From Candidatus Niyogibacteria bacterium (lineage in GTDB: Bacteria > Patescibacteriota > Minisyncoccia > HO2-45-28): a DNA stretch of 40,027 nucleotides. The first letter of the stretch is position 1; each line of letters opens with the position of its first letter. Positions 1-7,302 of this stretch are shown here, piece after piece. The notes beneath the pieces were generated by a model. That model was not told where the DNA came from. It did not search any database and was given only the letters and a program-made list of their open reading frames with translations. The stretch spans positions 1 through 40,027 of the forward strand of contig JACOVJ010000054.1 of the NCBI GenBank assembly GCA_016177385.1, read 5' to 3'. The position numbers were made by a program, and so were the translations under genes.

Positions 1-147
1 CGTTCGGTCGCCCGATGACCTTGAGGATCTGATCCCTGCCGTTCTCGCTCGTTTTCCGCATCCGCCATGCAAAGTGGCATGAGATTTGCCGTCCCCTCGA
101 CATATCGTAGATCCTGAGCGTCTACGAAGGACTCGGGGCGGTCTAGA

Positions 148-181
148 AGTCCCGGCGCATCCGCGCCGGGACTATTTTTAT
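148..181 (+). terminator. Intrinsic terminator-like hairpin
   Basis: Perfect 11-bp inverted repeat AGTCCCGGCGC (148-158) / GCGCCGGGACT (163-173), 4-nt loop, then ATTTTTAT. Confidence 0.55.
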
Positions 182-200
182 GCACACGGCGCGAAATTCC

Positions 201-208
201 TGTATAAT
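201..208 (+). promoter_or_regulatory. Extended -10 box TGTATAAT
   Basis: TGnTATAAT match upstream of the small membrane-protein ORF; no clear -35. Confidence 0.4.
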
Positions 209-245
209 GAAATCAACAAAGGCCGATTTTACTATTTGCATTTTT

Positions 246-449
246 ATGCTTCCACGACTTCCTCACAAAACATTTTTCACGGTCGTCATCGGCATTTTTA
301 CCGCGATCGCGATCTTGCACGGGCTTCGGGTATTTTATCAATGGCCAGCGGTTATCGGCGGATACGAGGTCCCGATGTGGCTCTCGTATGTCGCGGTCGC
401 GGTCGCGGCGTATCTGGCCTATCAGGCATCCCAGATCGCAAAGCACTAA
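246..449 (+). CDS. Small hypothetical membrane protein (two predicted TM helices)
   Basis: In-frame part of ORF 180..449. ATG at 246 lies downstream of the -10 box. Hydrophobic segments FFTVVIGIFTAIAIL and WLSYVAVAVAAYLAY. Start uncertain (180 or 207 also possible). Confidence 0.5.
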   Translation: MLPRLPHKTFFTVVIGIFTAIAILHGLRVFYQWPAVIGGYEVPMWLSYVAVAVAAYLAYQASQIAKH

Positions 450-484
450 GGGTTGCCCATATCTCGTTCCTAAGGGCTACCCTT
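448..484. repeat. Degenerate copy of the short GGGGAGTCC-family hairpin
   Basis: AAGGGTTGCCC...GGGCTACCCTT inverted repeat. The 3' half TTCCTAAGGGCTACCCTT matches TTCCTAAGGACTACCCTT at 21357-21374. Confidence 0.45.
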
Positions 485-549
485 GGGCGCTATTGCGCTT
501 CATTCTTATCCATGCTATCGTGATGGCGGATTTTTCGTAGGAGATTTCC

Positions 550-975
550 ATGAAAAACGTCATTCATCGGCTCCTTTGCGGGGCCTTGTTGATTCTTTTT
601 CTTGGGGCCATCGCATGGAAAGTGATTCCCCCGCTTTTCGTATCCACCAACGAGGTGGTGGCGATCGAAGACGTTTCGTTCCGGTCGCCCATGGCTGACC
701 TGCGGGGGACCACCCGACTTTTTCGCTTTCAGATCGTAATCGGCAATTCTACGCGTTGGATCCAGGTTCCTTTGGGGCAGGTCAAAATCGTTGCGCGCGA
801 GGATGGACAGAATGTCACGACTATTTCCGGCACGCGGTATAAGCGCAATACGGATGAGTGGTTGGAAGCGACCGTTTTGGTGCCGCCCGAAGACCTGAAA
901 ATGTGGGAAGAGCGGATGCGATTTTTCAACCCCGACTTTCCTGTGCGTATCGATCCGGAACTCGATCTTCGCTAG
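550..975 (+). CDS. Hypothetical membrane-anchored protein
   Basis: 141-aa ORF, AGGAG 7 nt upstream of ATG, N-terminal hydrophobic helix LLCGALLILFLGAIAW. Confidence 0.7.
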   Translation: MKNVIHRLLCGALLILFLGAIAWKVIPPLFVSTNEVVAIEDVSFRSPMADLRGTTRLFRFQIVIGNSTRWIQVPLGQVKIVAREDGQNVTTISGTRYKRNTDEWLEATVLVPPEDLKMWEERMRFFNPDFPVRIDPELDLR

Positions 976-976
976 T

Positions 977-1028
977 CCCGCTCCGCCTCCGCCAATCGGC
1001 GGATGGCGGATGCGGGGCATTTCTTTTT
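977..1028 (+). terminator. GC-rich imperfect hairpin followed by T-run
   Basis: CCCGCTCCGCCTCCGCC / GGCGGATGGCGGATGCGGGG with bulges, then CATTTCTTTTT. Confidence 0.45.
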
Positions 1029-1041
1029 GTCCCAAAATATA

Positions 1042-1047
1042 TATAAT
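1042..1047 (+). promoter_or_regulatory. -10 box TATAAT, 6 nt upstream of ATG 1054
   Basis: Consensus hexamer; the spacing suggests a leaderless or near-leaderless transcript. Confidence 0.4.
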
Positions 1048-1053
1048 AGGGGA

Positions 1054-1713
1054 ATGAAAAATTGGATGTGGGCGGTTGTGATCTTGGGTGCCTCCGTTCT
1101 CGGGTTTTTAGTGTTGATCGTCATGAGTTCGGGTTCCTCGCCGGCCCGCTTCGACGAAACTTCAGCGAGGCGAGCAGGCGGTGGCCCGGCATTGGTATTT
1201 GATGCGGCCGAATGGCTGCGCGGCGCGACCACCTCCACCGTGACGCTCGCGGAATACAGCGATTTTCAGTGTCCGGCATGCGGCGCGTGGGAACCGCAGC
1301 TTCAGGAGATCGTCCGGGATTACGGAGAGCGCATCCGGTTCATTTACCGGCATTTTCCGCTTCCCCAGCACGCGCAGGCGGAACTCGCGGCTTACGCTTC
1401 CGAAGCGGCCGGTCTTCAGGGAAAATTCTGGGAAATGCATGACGTGATTTTTGAGCGTCAGCGCGATTGGGCAGATAATCGTAATGCGCGCGACATTTTT
1501 ATGGACGCGGCGCGCACGCTGGGACTCGATATGGCGAAATTCGCCAACGATCTGGATTCGGACACCGTGCGTTCCGAAGTGGATAAGGACAAGAAGAGCG
1601 GGCTGGCGGCGCAGGTCAATGCAACGCCAACCTTTTTTGTAAATAGCGTGAAAGTCGAACCACGAAGTTCGGCGGAACTCCGAGCATTCCTCGATGACGC
1701 CCTTGCCCCCTAA
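1054..1713 (+). CDS. DsbA-like thiol:disulfide oxidoreductase, membrane-anchored
   Basis: N-terminal TM helix, thioredoxin-fold motif FQCPACG (CxxC), TPTFFVN. ORF 1003..1713 trimmed to the ATG at 1054. Confidence 0.85.
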   Translation: MKNWMWAVVILGASVLGFLVLIVMSSGSSPARFDETSARRAGGGPALVFDAAEWLRGATTSTVTLAEYSDFQCPACGAWEPQLQEIVRDYGERIRFIYRHFPLPQHAQAELAAYASEAAGLQGKFWEMHDVIFERQRDWADNRNARDIFMDAARTLGLDMAKFANDLDSDTVRSEVDKDKKSGLAAQVNATPTFFVNSVKVEPRSSAELRAFLDDALAP

Positions 1714-2188
1714 AGCGCTTCTTCTCATTTTTTGTATTTTAAGTTTTCTCGGGTTCTTGGATGCGAGTTATTTGGCGCTTGAGCACTATCTGGGTTCGGT
1801 TCCCGCGTGTTCGTTTGTTAAGGGGTGCGAGATCGTAACAACAAGCCCGTATGCGACGCTTGAAGGGACGTGGGCGGCATTCCGTGGCCGGGAGCTCGTA
1901 TTTCTCGTTCCGCGCGGCATTTCCGTAGCACTTTTAGGAGCGCTTTACTACGGCGCGCTCTTTATGGCGGCCGCTGCATCATGGGGGCGCAGGGACGCGA
2001 TTTTTTTGCGACTCTTGCCGTTTACGGCCGTCGGGCTTCTGGCGGCCGCATGGTTCCTATCGCTTCAGGCATTCGTTCTTCAGGCGTTCTGCGTCTATTG
2101 CATTTTTTCCGCGGCGACCTCGACGGCGCTTTTCCTCGTTGCGCTCGCCCTGCTACAATGGAAGCGTAGATTACCAGCTAATATTTGA
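1694..2188 (+). CDS. Vitamin K epoxide reductase (VKOR) family protein, paralogue 1
   Basis: Multi-TM protein with loop cysteines CSFVKGC and a TM CxxC (CVYC), the VKOR hallmarks; overlaps the dsbA-like stop. Confidence 0.85.
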   Translation: MTPLPPKALLLIFCILSFLGFLDASYLALEHYLGSVPACSFVKGCEIVTTSPYATLEGTWAAFRGRELVFLVPRGISVALLGALYYGALFMAAAASWGRRDAIFLRLLPFTAVGLLAAAWFLSLQAFVLQAFCVYCIFSAATSTALFLVALALLQWKRRLPANI

Positions 2189-2190
2189 TC

Positions 2191-2379
2191 ATGGGCTTTT
2201 TTGATTTCTTTTTGAAAAAATCGGAAGACGGCAAGACCGAATCCTATACGTGCGCGAAGTGCGGCAAGGAAAAGGATAAATCACAAGGAGTGTTCATTCA
2301 GGGCGGTTCGTCTTTTTGCTGTAAACAGTGTTGCGATACGGCGGCAGAAAAGAAAGAGGGGACATGCGAATTTTGCTGA
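2191..2379 (+). CDS. Small Cys-rich (zinc-ribbon / TRASH-like) protein
   Basis: 62 aa with CAKC...(about 18-19 aa)...CCKQCC and a C-terminal CEFC. ATG at 2191 within ORF 2185..2379. Confidence 0.55.
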   Translation: MGFFDFFLKKSEDGKTESYTCAKCGKEKDKSQGVFIQGGSSFCCKQCCDTAAEKKEGTCEFC

Positions 2380-3194
2380 TGCGCGGGGAGTGGACGGTTG
2401 CGCGCTTGATGATCGCCATTCTCGCGCTCGCGGGAATCGGCATCATGTCGTATCTGACCTATCTGCACTACGCGAACGCGCAGTCTTTTTGCGATCTTTC
2501 GCAGGAGGTTTCGTGCGACGTCGTGACCACCAGTTTATATTCGGAGATATTCAAGATCCCGATCTCCATCGGGGGGCTGGCGTATTTTTTGCTGATTCTT
2601 TTTTTGGCGGCTTCGAATATCCCGAACGTGTTCCAGCTCCTGTTCATCTCGACGCTGTTGATGCTCATCCCGTCGCTTTTTTTATCGTTCCTTGAGGTTT
2701 TTGTCATTAAATCCGTTTGCATCCTTTGCGAAACGTCCAAAGTGCTCATGGTCGGTATTCTTGGTATCTCGGTATTTACATTGCGGCTTCCGGTCAGGAA
2801 ACTTGCGCGTTTGGCGGCTCCGATCGCGATCGCGGGAGTGGCGGCAGCCGGCATCATGTATTTTGCCCAGACCGGTACGGTAGCAAAAAAGGATTACAGC
2901 GCCTTGGTCGCGTGCCTGAACGAAAATGATGTCGTCTACTACAAATCTGTGCGCTGCAGCACCTGCCGTCGGCAGGAAAAACTATTAGGCGATGCTTACA
3001 AACAATTGAGTTCCGTTGAGTGCCACCCGGAGGGAGAAAATCCCCAGCCGGAATTATGCTTGGAAAAAGGCATCACCAAAACGCCGACCTTTTTGATTGA
3101 GGAAAACGGGAGGGAGGCGGGGCGGGCTGAGGGCCTTCAGCAAATAAAAGAGCTCGCGGTTTTCGGAAATTGCCCGTTAGAATTAGCGGAATAA
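2364..3194 (+). CDS. VKOR-thioredoxin fusion protein, paralogue 2
   Basis: VKOR loop Cys pair (CDLSQEVSC), TM CILC, and a C-terminal Trx-like domain with CSTC and TKTPTF. ATG 2364 preceded by AGAAAGAGGGG. Confidence 0.85.
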   Translation: MRILLMRGEWTVARLMIAILALAGIGIMSYLTYLHYANAQSFCDLSQEVSCDVVTTSLYSEIFKIPISIGGLAYFLLILFLAASNIPNVFQLLFISTLLMLIPSLFLSFLEVFVIKSVCILCETSKVLMVGILGISVFTLRLPVRKLARLAAPIAIAGVAAAGIMYFAQTGTVAKKDYSALVACLNENDVVYYKSVRCSTCRRQEKLLGDAYKQLSSVECHPEGENPQPELCLEKGITKTPTFLIEENGREAGRAEGLQQIKELAVFGNCPLELAE

Positions 3195-3196
3195 CC

Positions 3197-3916
3197 ATGT
3201 TCGGACAAGAACTCACGCTGGGAGTCGTCATCGTTGCCGCGCTTCTGGACAGCATCAATCCGTGCGTGCTCGGAGTGTTGATCTTTTTGATCGCGTTCAT
3301 GAGGCGGTTTTTCCGCAATGCACGAAAAATGCTTTTGGGCGGATTATTGTACACGGCTGTTGTTTATCTCACGTATTTGGCGCTTGGACTCGGGATCTTG
3401 CAGGCGACGCTGTCCATCGGTATTGCGACCGGCGTCTATTGGGCCGCCGCGCTCATCGCTATTGTGGCGGGACTTCTTGAGATCAAGGATTATTTTTGGT
3501 ACGGGAAAGGATTTTCGTTGCAGATGATCCCGGGAGCATCCGAACGCATCAGGCGGTATACGGCATGGATCGAGAGTTTGGAGGGGCGGCATCCGGTCGT
3601 GCTTTATGGCGTCACGGCGGCTTTAGGCGTTTTTGTCGTGCTGGTGGAGCTTCCGTGCACGGGCGCGCCGTATCTCGTGATCTTGGGGCTTTTGGCAAAA
3701 GGCGCGTATGCCTCGGCGGTCCCGCTTCTTCTTTTCTACAATTTCATTTTCATTCTGCCGCTTCTGGTCATTCTGGCGCTCGCGTATTTCGGGGTCGCAT
3801 CCGAACGGCTGGAGCGCTGGCGCAGCCAGCACCGCGAGTGGATGCGGCTTGCGGTCGGTATTTTTCTCCTCTGCCTCGGCTTTTACATGATCTATTCCCT
3901 CAACCCCATCTTTTAA
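3197..3916 (+). CDS. CcdA/DsbD-type thiol-disulfide transporter membrane protein
   Basis: Six or more TM segments with conserved Cys in INPC and ELPCTGAPY, as in the cytochrome c biogenesis CcdA/DsbD TM family. Confidence 0.8.
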   Translation: MFGQELTLGVVIVAALLDSINPCVLGVLIFLIAFMRRFFRNARKMLLGGLLYTAVVYLTYLALGLGILQATLSIGIATGVYWAAALIAIVAGLLEIKDYFWYGKGFSLQMIPGASERIRRYTAWIESLEGRHPVVLYGVTAALGVFVVLVELPCTGAPYLVILGLLAKGAYASAVPLLLFYNFIFILPLLVILALAYFGVASERLERWRSQHREWMRLAVGIFLLCLGFYMIYSLNPIF

Positions 3917-3928
3917 CCCCCTTTAGAA

Positions 3929-4002
3929 CCCCGAGGGGAGTCCTTTGGGTGCATAAGCTGTGGATAAGTGCTAGTTATCCACACAAAGGACTCCCCTCGG
4001 GG
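3929..4002. repeat. 74-nt palindromic repeat, long form, copy 1 (two consensus DnaA boxes)
   Basis: Perfect 19-bp arms CCCCGAGGGGAGTCCTTTG (3929-3947) / CAAAGGACTCCCCTCGGGG (3984-4002). Inner TGTGGATAA (3959-3967) and TTATCCACA (3975-3983). Confidence 0.9.
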
Positions 4003-4009
4003 ACTTTTT

Positions 4010-4432
4010 ATGACACCGCACGCGATTCTTTTTACACTCTCGGCCGTCGGTATTTCGGAGGCGGCGTATCTGATCCGTATGCGCCGCACGGCGCAGGCGC
4101 CGGTCTGTCCCATCGGCGAGAATTGCACAACGGTTCTTTCATCGAAGTACAATAGGATTTTCGGCGTTGTTCACAACGATGTCGCGGGACTCATTTCGTA
4201 TATTTTTATCGCATTCGCGGCGGCGTTTTTGGTCAATGGCGTGGAACCGGTCATCTGGTGGAGCCGCATGGTTCAGGTGTTGGTCGCATCGGGCGCGGTA
4301 TTTTCGCTCATTCTTTTATATCTGCAGTGGCGCGTCATCCGCGCGTGGTGCTTTTGGTGCGTGATGTCCGCATTCACGCTTTTCGGGATGCTCGCGGTCA
4401 TTCTGACGCAGGACCTTTTATCCATTTTATGA
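4010..4432 (+). CDS. VKOR family protein, paralogue 3
   Basis: Loop Cys pair CPIGENC and TM CFWC. ATG 4010 lies 8 nt after the repeat; the upstream part of ORF 3968.. is repeat-encoded. Confidence 0.8.
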   Translation: MTPHAILFTLSAVGISEAAYLIRMRRTAQAPVCPIGENCTTVLSSKYNRIFGVVHNDVAGLISYIFIAFAAAFLVNGVEPVIWWSRMVQVLVASGAVFSLILLYLQWRVIRAWCFWCVMSAFTLFGMLAVILTQDLLSIL

Positions 4433-4436
4433 TCAT

Positions 4437-4835
4437 ATGACGAATCAATCGTACGGCTTCCATATCGTTCGGGTCGGGCTCGGTATCACATTTTTGTGGG
4501 TCGGCGTTCTTATTTTTCAGGACCCTGCAGGGTGGGGCGGATTTGTTTTGCCGTGGGTGCGGGACCTGTTGCCGGTCCCGGTTGAGCAGGCGATGCTCGG
4601 GACCGCGGTTTTTGATATTGCCGTGGGCGGATTATTACTCGTGGGCGTGTGGGTGTGGTGGGCGGCGATTCTTGCGACCATTCATCTTGCGAGCGTGCTT
4701 ACGGTCGCAGGTATCGACCTCATCACGGTGCGCGATATCGGATTGCTTGCGGCCTCCTTCGCGCTCGCGGTCGCGACGTGGCCGGAGAAATATTCTCTGA
4801 AAAAACGGCCGCCATTTTCGCCCCCGATGCATTAA
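4437..4835 (+). CDS. DoxX-like integral membrane protein (tentative)
   Basis: 132 aa, four hydrophobic segments, N-terminal RVGLGITFLWVGVLIF resembles DoxX-family TM1. Confidence 0.6.
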   Translation: MTNQSYGFHIVRVGLGITFLWVGVLIFQDPAGWGGFVLPWVRDLLPVPVEQAMLGTAVFDIAVGGLLLVGVWVWWAAILATIHLASVLTVAGIDLITVRDIGLLAASFALAVATWPEKYSLKKRPPFSPPMH

Positions 4836-4843
4836 AATCAAAA

Positions 4844-4878
4844 CCCCCGCTTCGCCGGTTGGCGAGGCGGGGGTTTTT
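4844..4878. terminator. Bidirectional intrinsic terminator between convergent genes
   Basis: CCCCCGCTTCGCC-GGTT-GGCGAGGCGGGGG, flanked by AAAA upstream and TTTTT downstream. Confidence 0.8.
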
Positions 4879-4880
4879 GC

Positions 4881-5462
4881 TTATAGTCCGTTTTCCTTCC
4901 CGAATTTTTCCCAGAAGGGTTCCCAGTTGTCGCGGAAGACGGCGGTTACGATCGTGTCGTGATAAGCCCCGTTTTTGAAATGATGCGCTTTTAGGAGGCC
5001 CTCCCTAACGAAACCGCATTTTTCTTGACATCGCAGGCTTCGGCCATTGAATGCGGAAACCGATGCGCAAATTTTGTGGAGATTGAGCGCATGGAATGCG
5101 TAATGTAGGACCAACATCAGGGCTTCGGTTCCGTACCCTTTGCCCCAGCAATCTTTTTCACCGATCATGAAGCCCATGGTGGCGGTTCGGTCCCTCCAGT
5201 GGATGTCATGGAGTCCGATTGTGCCGATTGGTTTATCGCCCGTTACAATAATGAAAATCGTATTCGTTTCTCTTCGCTTCGCGAGGCCTTCGAACCATTC
5301 GATTTCGCCAGTTTCCGTCATAGGAAGATAGGCGCCGATATACTGAAGGATTTCCATGTCGTTGATCCACCGAAGAAGCGTGGGGATGTCGGCACGTTCC
5401 GGCGGGCGCAAGACAACGCGTTTTCCGCGTAAGAATTCAACGGGGGGCATTAGCTTCGACAT
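4881..5462 (-). CDS. GNAT family N-acetyltransferase (RimJ/RimL-like)
   Basis: WGKGYGTEALMLVLHYAF...CGFVREG motifs typical of the Acetyltransf_3/GNAT fold; AAAGGAG RBS. Confidence 0.9.
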   Translation of the reverse strand: MSKLMPPVEFLRGKRVVLRPPERADIPTLLRWINDMEILQYIGAYLPMTETGEIEWFEGLAKRRETNTIFIIVTGDKPIGTIGLHDIHWRDRTATMGFMIGEKDCWGKGYGTEALMLVLHYAFHALNLHKICASVSAFNGRSLRCQEKCGFVREGLLKAHHFKNGAYHDTIVTAVFRDNWEPFWEKFGKENGL

Positions 5463-5507
5463 GCGGAACTCCTTTCTGGTTGTAAGAGAACTGATTCAAT
5501 TTATAGC

Positions 5508-6638
5508 ATGAATAGTAAAAAAGTCAATAATCGCATCATCGCGCACTTAGACCTCGACGCCTTTTTTGCGGCCGTCGAGGAGCGCGACCATCCGTGGCTT
5601 CAGGGTAAGCCGCTCGTGGTGGGCGCGGACCCGAACGGCGGGTGCGGGAGGGGTGTCGTTTCGACGGCGAGTTATGCCGCGCGCGCCTATGGTATCCGTT
5701 CGGCGATGCCGATTTCGAAGGCGTGGCAATTGTCCGAGGCGGCGCGCCGCGCCGGCAAAGAGCCCGCGACCTTTTTACTCGGCAACCACCATCGGTACGC
5801 CGAGGTTTCCGGCGCAGTAATGGAAATTGTTCGACACCGAGTGTCTAACATAGGGGCAACCGAGCAGAGTGGAATTGACGAGATTTACTGCGATTTAAGT
5901 TTTACGGAGTCGTTCGAAAACGCCGAGGTATTTGTTCGTAAAATAAAAAATGAAATACGGGAACGCGAATTTTTGACGATATCGGCGGGCATCGGGCCGA
6001 ATAAATTGATTGCGAAGATCGCATCGGAACGCCAAAAACCGGACGGGTTGACGCTCGTGCGTCCTGAACAAGTTCAGGATTTTTTGGATCCGCTTCCGGC
6101 GCGCGTCATCCCCGGCATCGGGCCGAAAACGGACGGGGCGCTCGCGAAAAATGGCGTCAAAACCATCCGCGATCTGCGCGCATTTAGTCGCGAAAAACTT
6201 ATCGAGCGGTTCGGCAAATGGGGGAGTGATTTATACAAAAAAGCGCGAGGTGAGGACGATTCTCCGGTGGAGGAATCGGATGAAATAAAATCGGTGGGTG
6301 AGCAGGAAACGTTTGAAACCGATACGCTCGAATTAGCGTTCGTTTGCGAACGGTTGAATGCATTATGCTCGGATGTGTTCCGGCGATTCTTGCGCGATGG
6401 ATTTAAAACATTCCGCACTATAGCGCTGACCGTGCGATTCGCGGATTTCCAAACGCAAAGCCGTGCGCATTCATTGAAAACGCCTGCTCGAACCGAATCC
6501 GTTTTACGGTTCGAGGCGCTCAAATCGCTCCTGCCGTTTTTTGATAAACGCGAAAATCCGCAGAGCAAAAAGCTCCGCCTGATCGGCGTGCGGGTGGAGA
6601 AGCTGTCTAAAACTTTTGACGGCCGTTCAAAGTTTTAG
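5508..6638 (+). CDS. dinB: DNA polymerase IV (Y-family)
   Basis: IAHLDLDAFFAAVEERD, SGIDEIYCDL, GIGPNKLIAKIAS, IPGIGPKT; full length, 376 aa. Confidence 0.95.
   Translation: MNSKKVNNRIIAHLDLDAFFAAVEERDHPWLQGKPLVVGADPNGGCGRGVVSTASYAARAYGIRSAMPISKAWQLSEAARRAGKEPATFLLGNHHRYAEVSGAVMEIVRHRVSNIGATEQSGIDEIYCDLSFTESFENAEVFVRKIKNEIREREFLTISAGIGPNKLIAKIASERQKPDGLTLVRPEQVQDFLDPLPARVIPGIGPKTDGALAKNGVKTIRDLRAFSREKLIERFGKWGSDLYKKARGEDDSPVEESDEIKSVGEQETFETDTLELAFVCERLNALCSDVFRRFLRDGFKTFRTIALTVRFADFQTQSRAHSLKTPARTESVLRFEALKSLLPFFDKRENPQSKKLRLIGVRVEKLSKTFDGRSKF
5829..5849. repeat. 21-nt hairpin GTTCGACAC-CGA-GTGTCTAAC inside dinB
   Basis: Near-identical copy at 32532-32552 (GTTAGACAC-CGA-GTGTCGAAC). Confidence 0.7.
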
Positions 6639-6643
6639 ACAGC
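6602..6643. repeat. 42-nt near-perfect palindrome covering the dinB stop codon
   Basis: 15-bp arms GCTGTCTAAAACTTT / AAAGTTTTAGACAGC around the palindromic loop TGACGGCCGTTC. Confidence 0.85.
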
Positions 6644-6688
6644 AAGAAAATCCGCCTCATCGGCGTACGGGTCGAGAAACTTCAATAA
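6641..6688 (+). pseudogene. Displaced second copy of the dinB C-terminal coding segment (SKKIRLIGVRVEKLQ*)
   Basis: 42 nt aligned to 6564-6605 show 8 differences, 7 of them synonymous. Out of frame with dinB, and followed by its own TAA. Confidence 0.7.
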
Positions 6689-6692
6689 AGTA

Positions 6693-6720
6693 TTGATTTT
6701 TTCTTGATTTGTGCTATAGT
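6693..6720 (+). promoter_or_regulatory. Promoter TTGATT-N16-TATAGT with TGn extension
   Basis: TTGATT 6693-6698, TGCTATAGT 6712-6720. Confidence 0.5.
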
Positions 6721-6766
6721 ATTCCGAACGCTCAGTTTGTACATTCACACAAAAAACAGAGGAATT

Positions 6767-7267
6767 ATGAGCGAAGAAACCGTGTCGCGGTTTGCATATT
6801 TTTTTCCTTTTCATGGAATGCCGCAAAAACTCAAAACAGTTTCGACGGGCAGCGGGACGCTATCATTGCGTCTCCCTGATGAGGTTGATCCACGCATCTT
6901 GGCCGTCGATCCGAAAGACCGGCGCGTCCTCATTGTTTTCGACGGCGTGATTCCTTCTGGTGGTCTGCCGCAAGCGTGCTCCATTTTGGATTCCGCTCCG
7001 TGCCGCGTTGTGCGTATTCAGACGGAACATGCGTATAAACAGCGTCATCCTGTTGAAGAGCCGTTGACGTATTCTGTACGGAAAATTAATGGCCGAATGT
7101 ACGCTGAACAGGAAATCGCTCGTCATATTCTGCTTTCGCCGCACAAAGAGTCCTGTCTTCGCCGATATCACAACAAAACCCTTCGCCCGCATTATGTTTG
7201 CTTGGAAATTTTGAATGGCAAAAAGGACGGATTGATCGTGCGACTGAGGCGCGTTTCAACGTATTAG
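6767..7267 (+). CDS. Hypothetical protein (orphan, 166 aa)
   Basis: ATG 6767 preceded by AGAGGAA. Has its own promoter and terminator. No family recognised. Confidence 0.65.
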   Translation: MSEETVSRFAYFFPFHGMPQKLKTVSTGSGTLSLRLPDEVDPRILAVDPKDRRVLIVFDGVIPSGGLPQACSILDSAPCRVVRIQTEHAYKQRHPVEEPLTYSVRKINGRMYAEQEIARHILLSPHKESCLRRYHNKTLRPHYVCLEILNGKKDGLIVRLRRVSTY

Positions 7268-7268
7268 C

Positions 7269-7302
7269 CCCTATCGAGGTTGAACCTCGATAGGGATTTT
7301 TT
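7269..7302 (+). terminator. Intrinsic terminator
   Basis: 11-bp stem CCCTATCGAGG / CCTCGATAGGG, 5-nt loop, then ATTTTTT. Confidence 0.8.

Noticed and set aside
1-146. Partial gene at the left edge, either + frame 2 ending at the TGA near 80-82 or a - strand ORF starting near 80
   Set aside because: The fragments are too short to recognise and both strands are open. Only the terminator hairpin at 148-181 is supportable.
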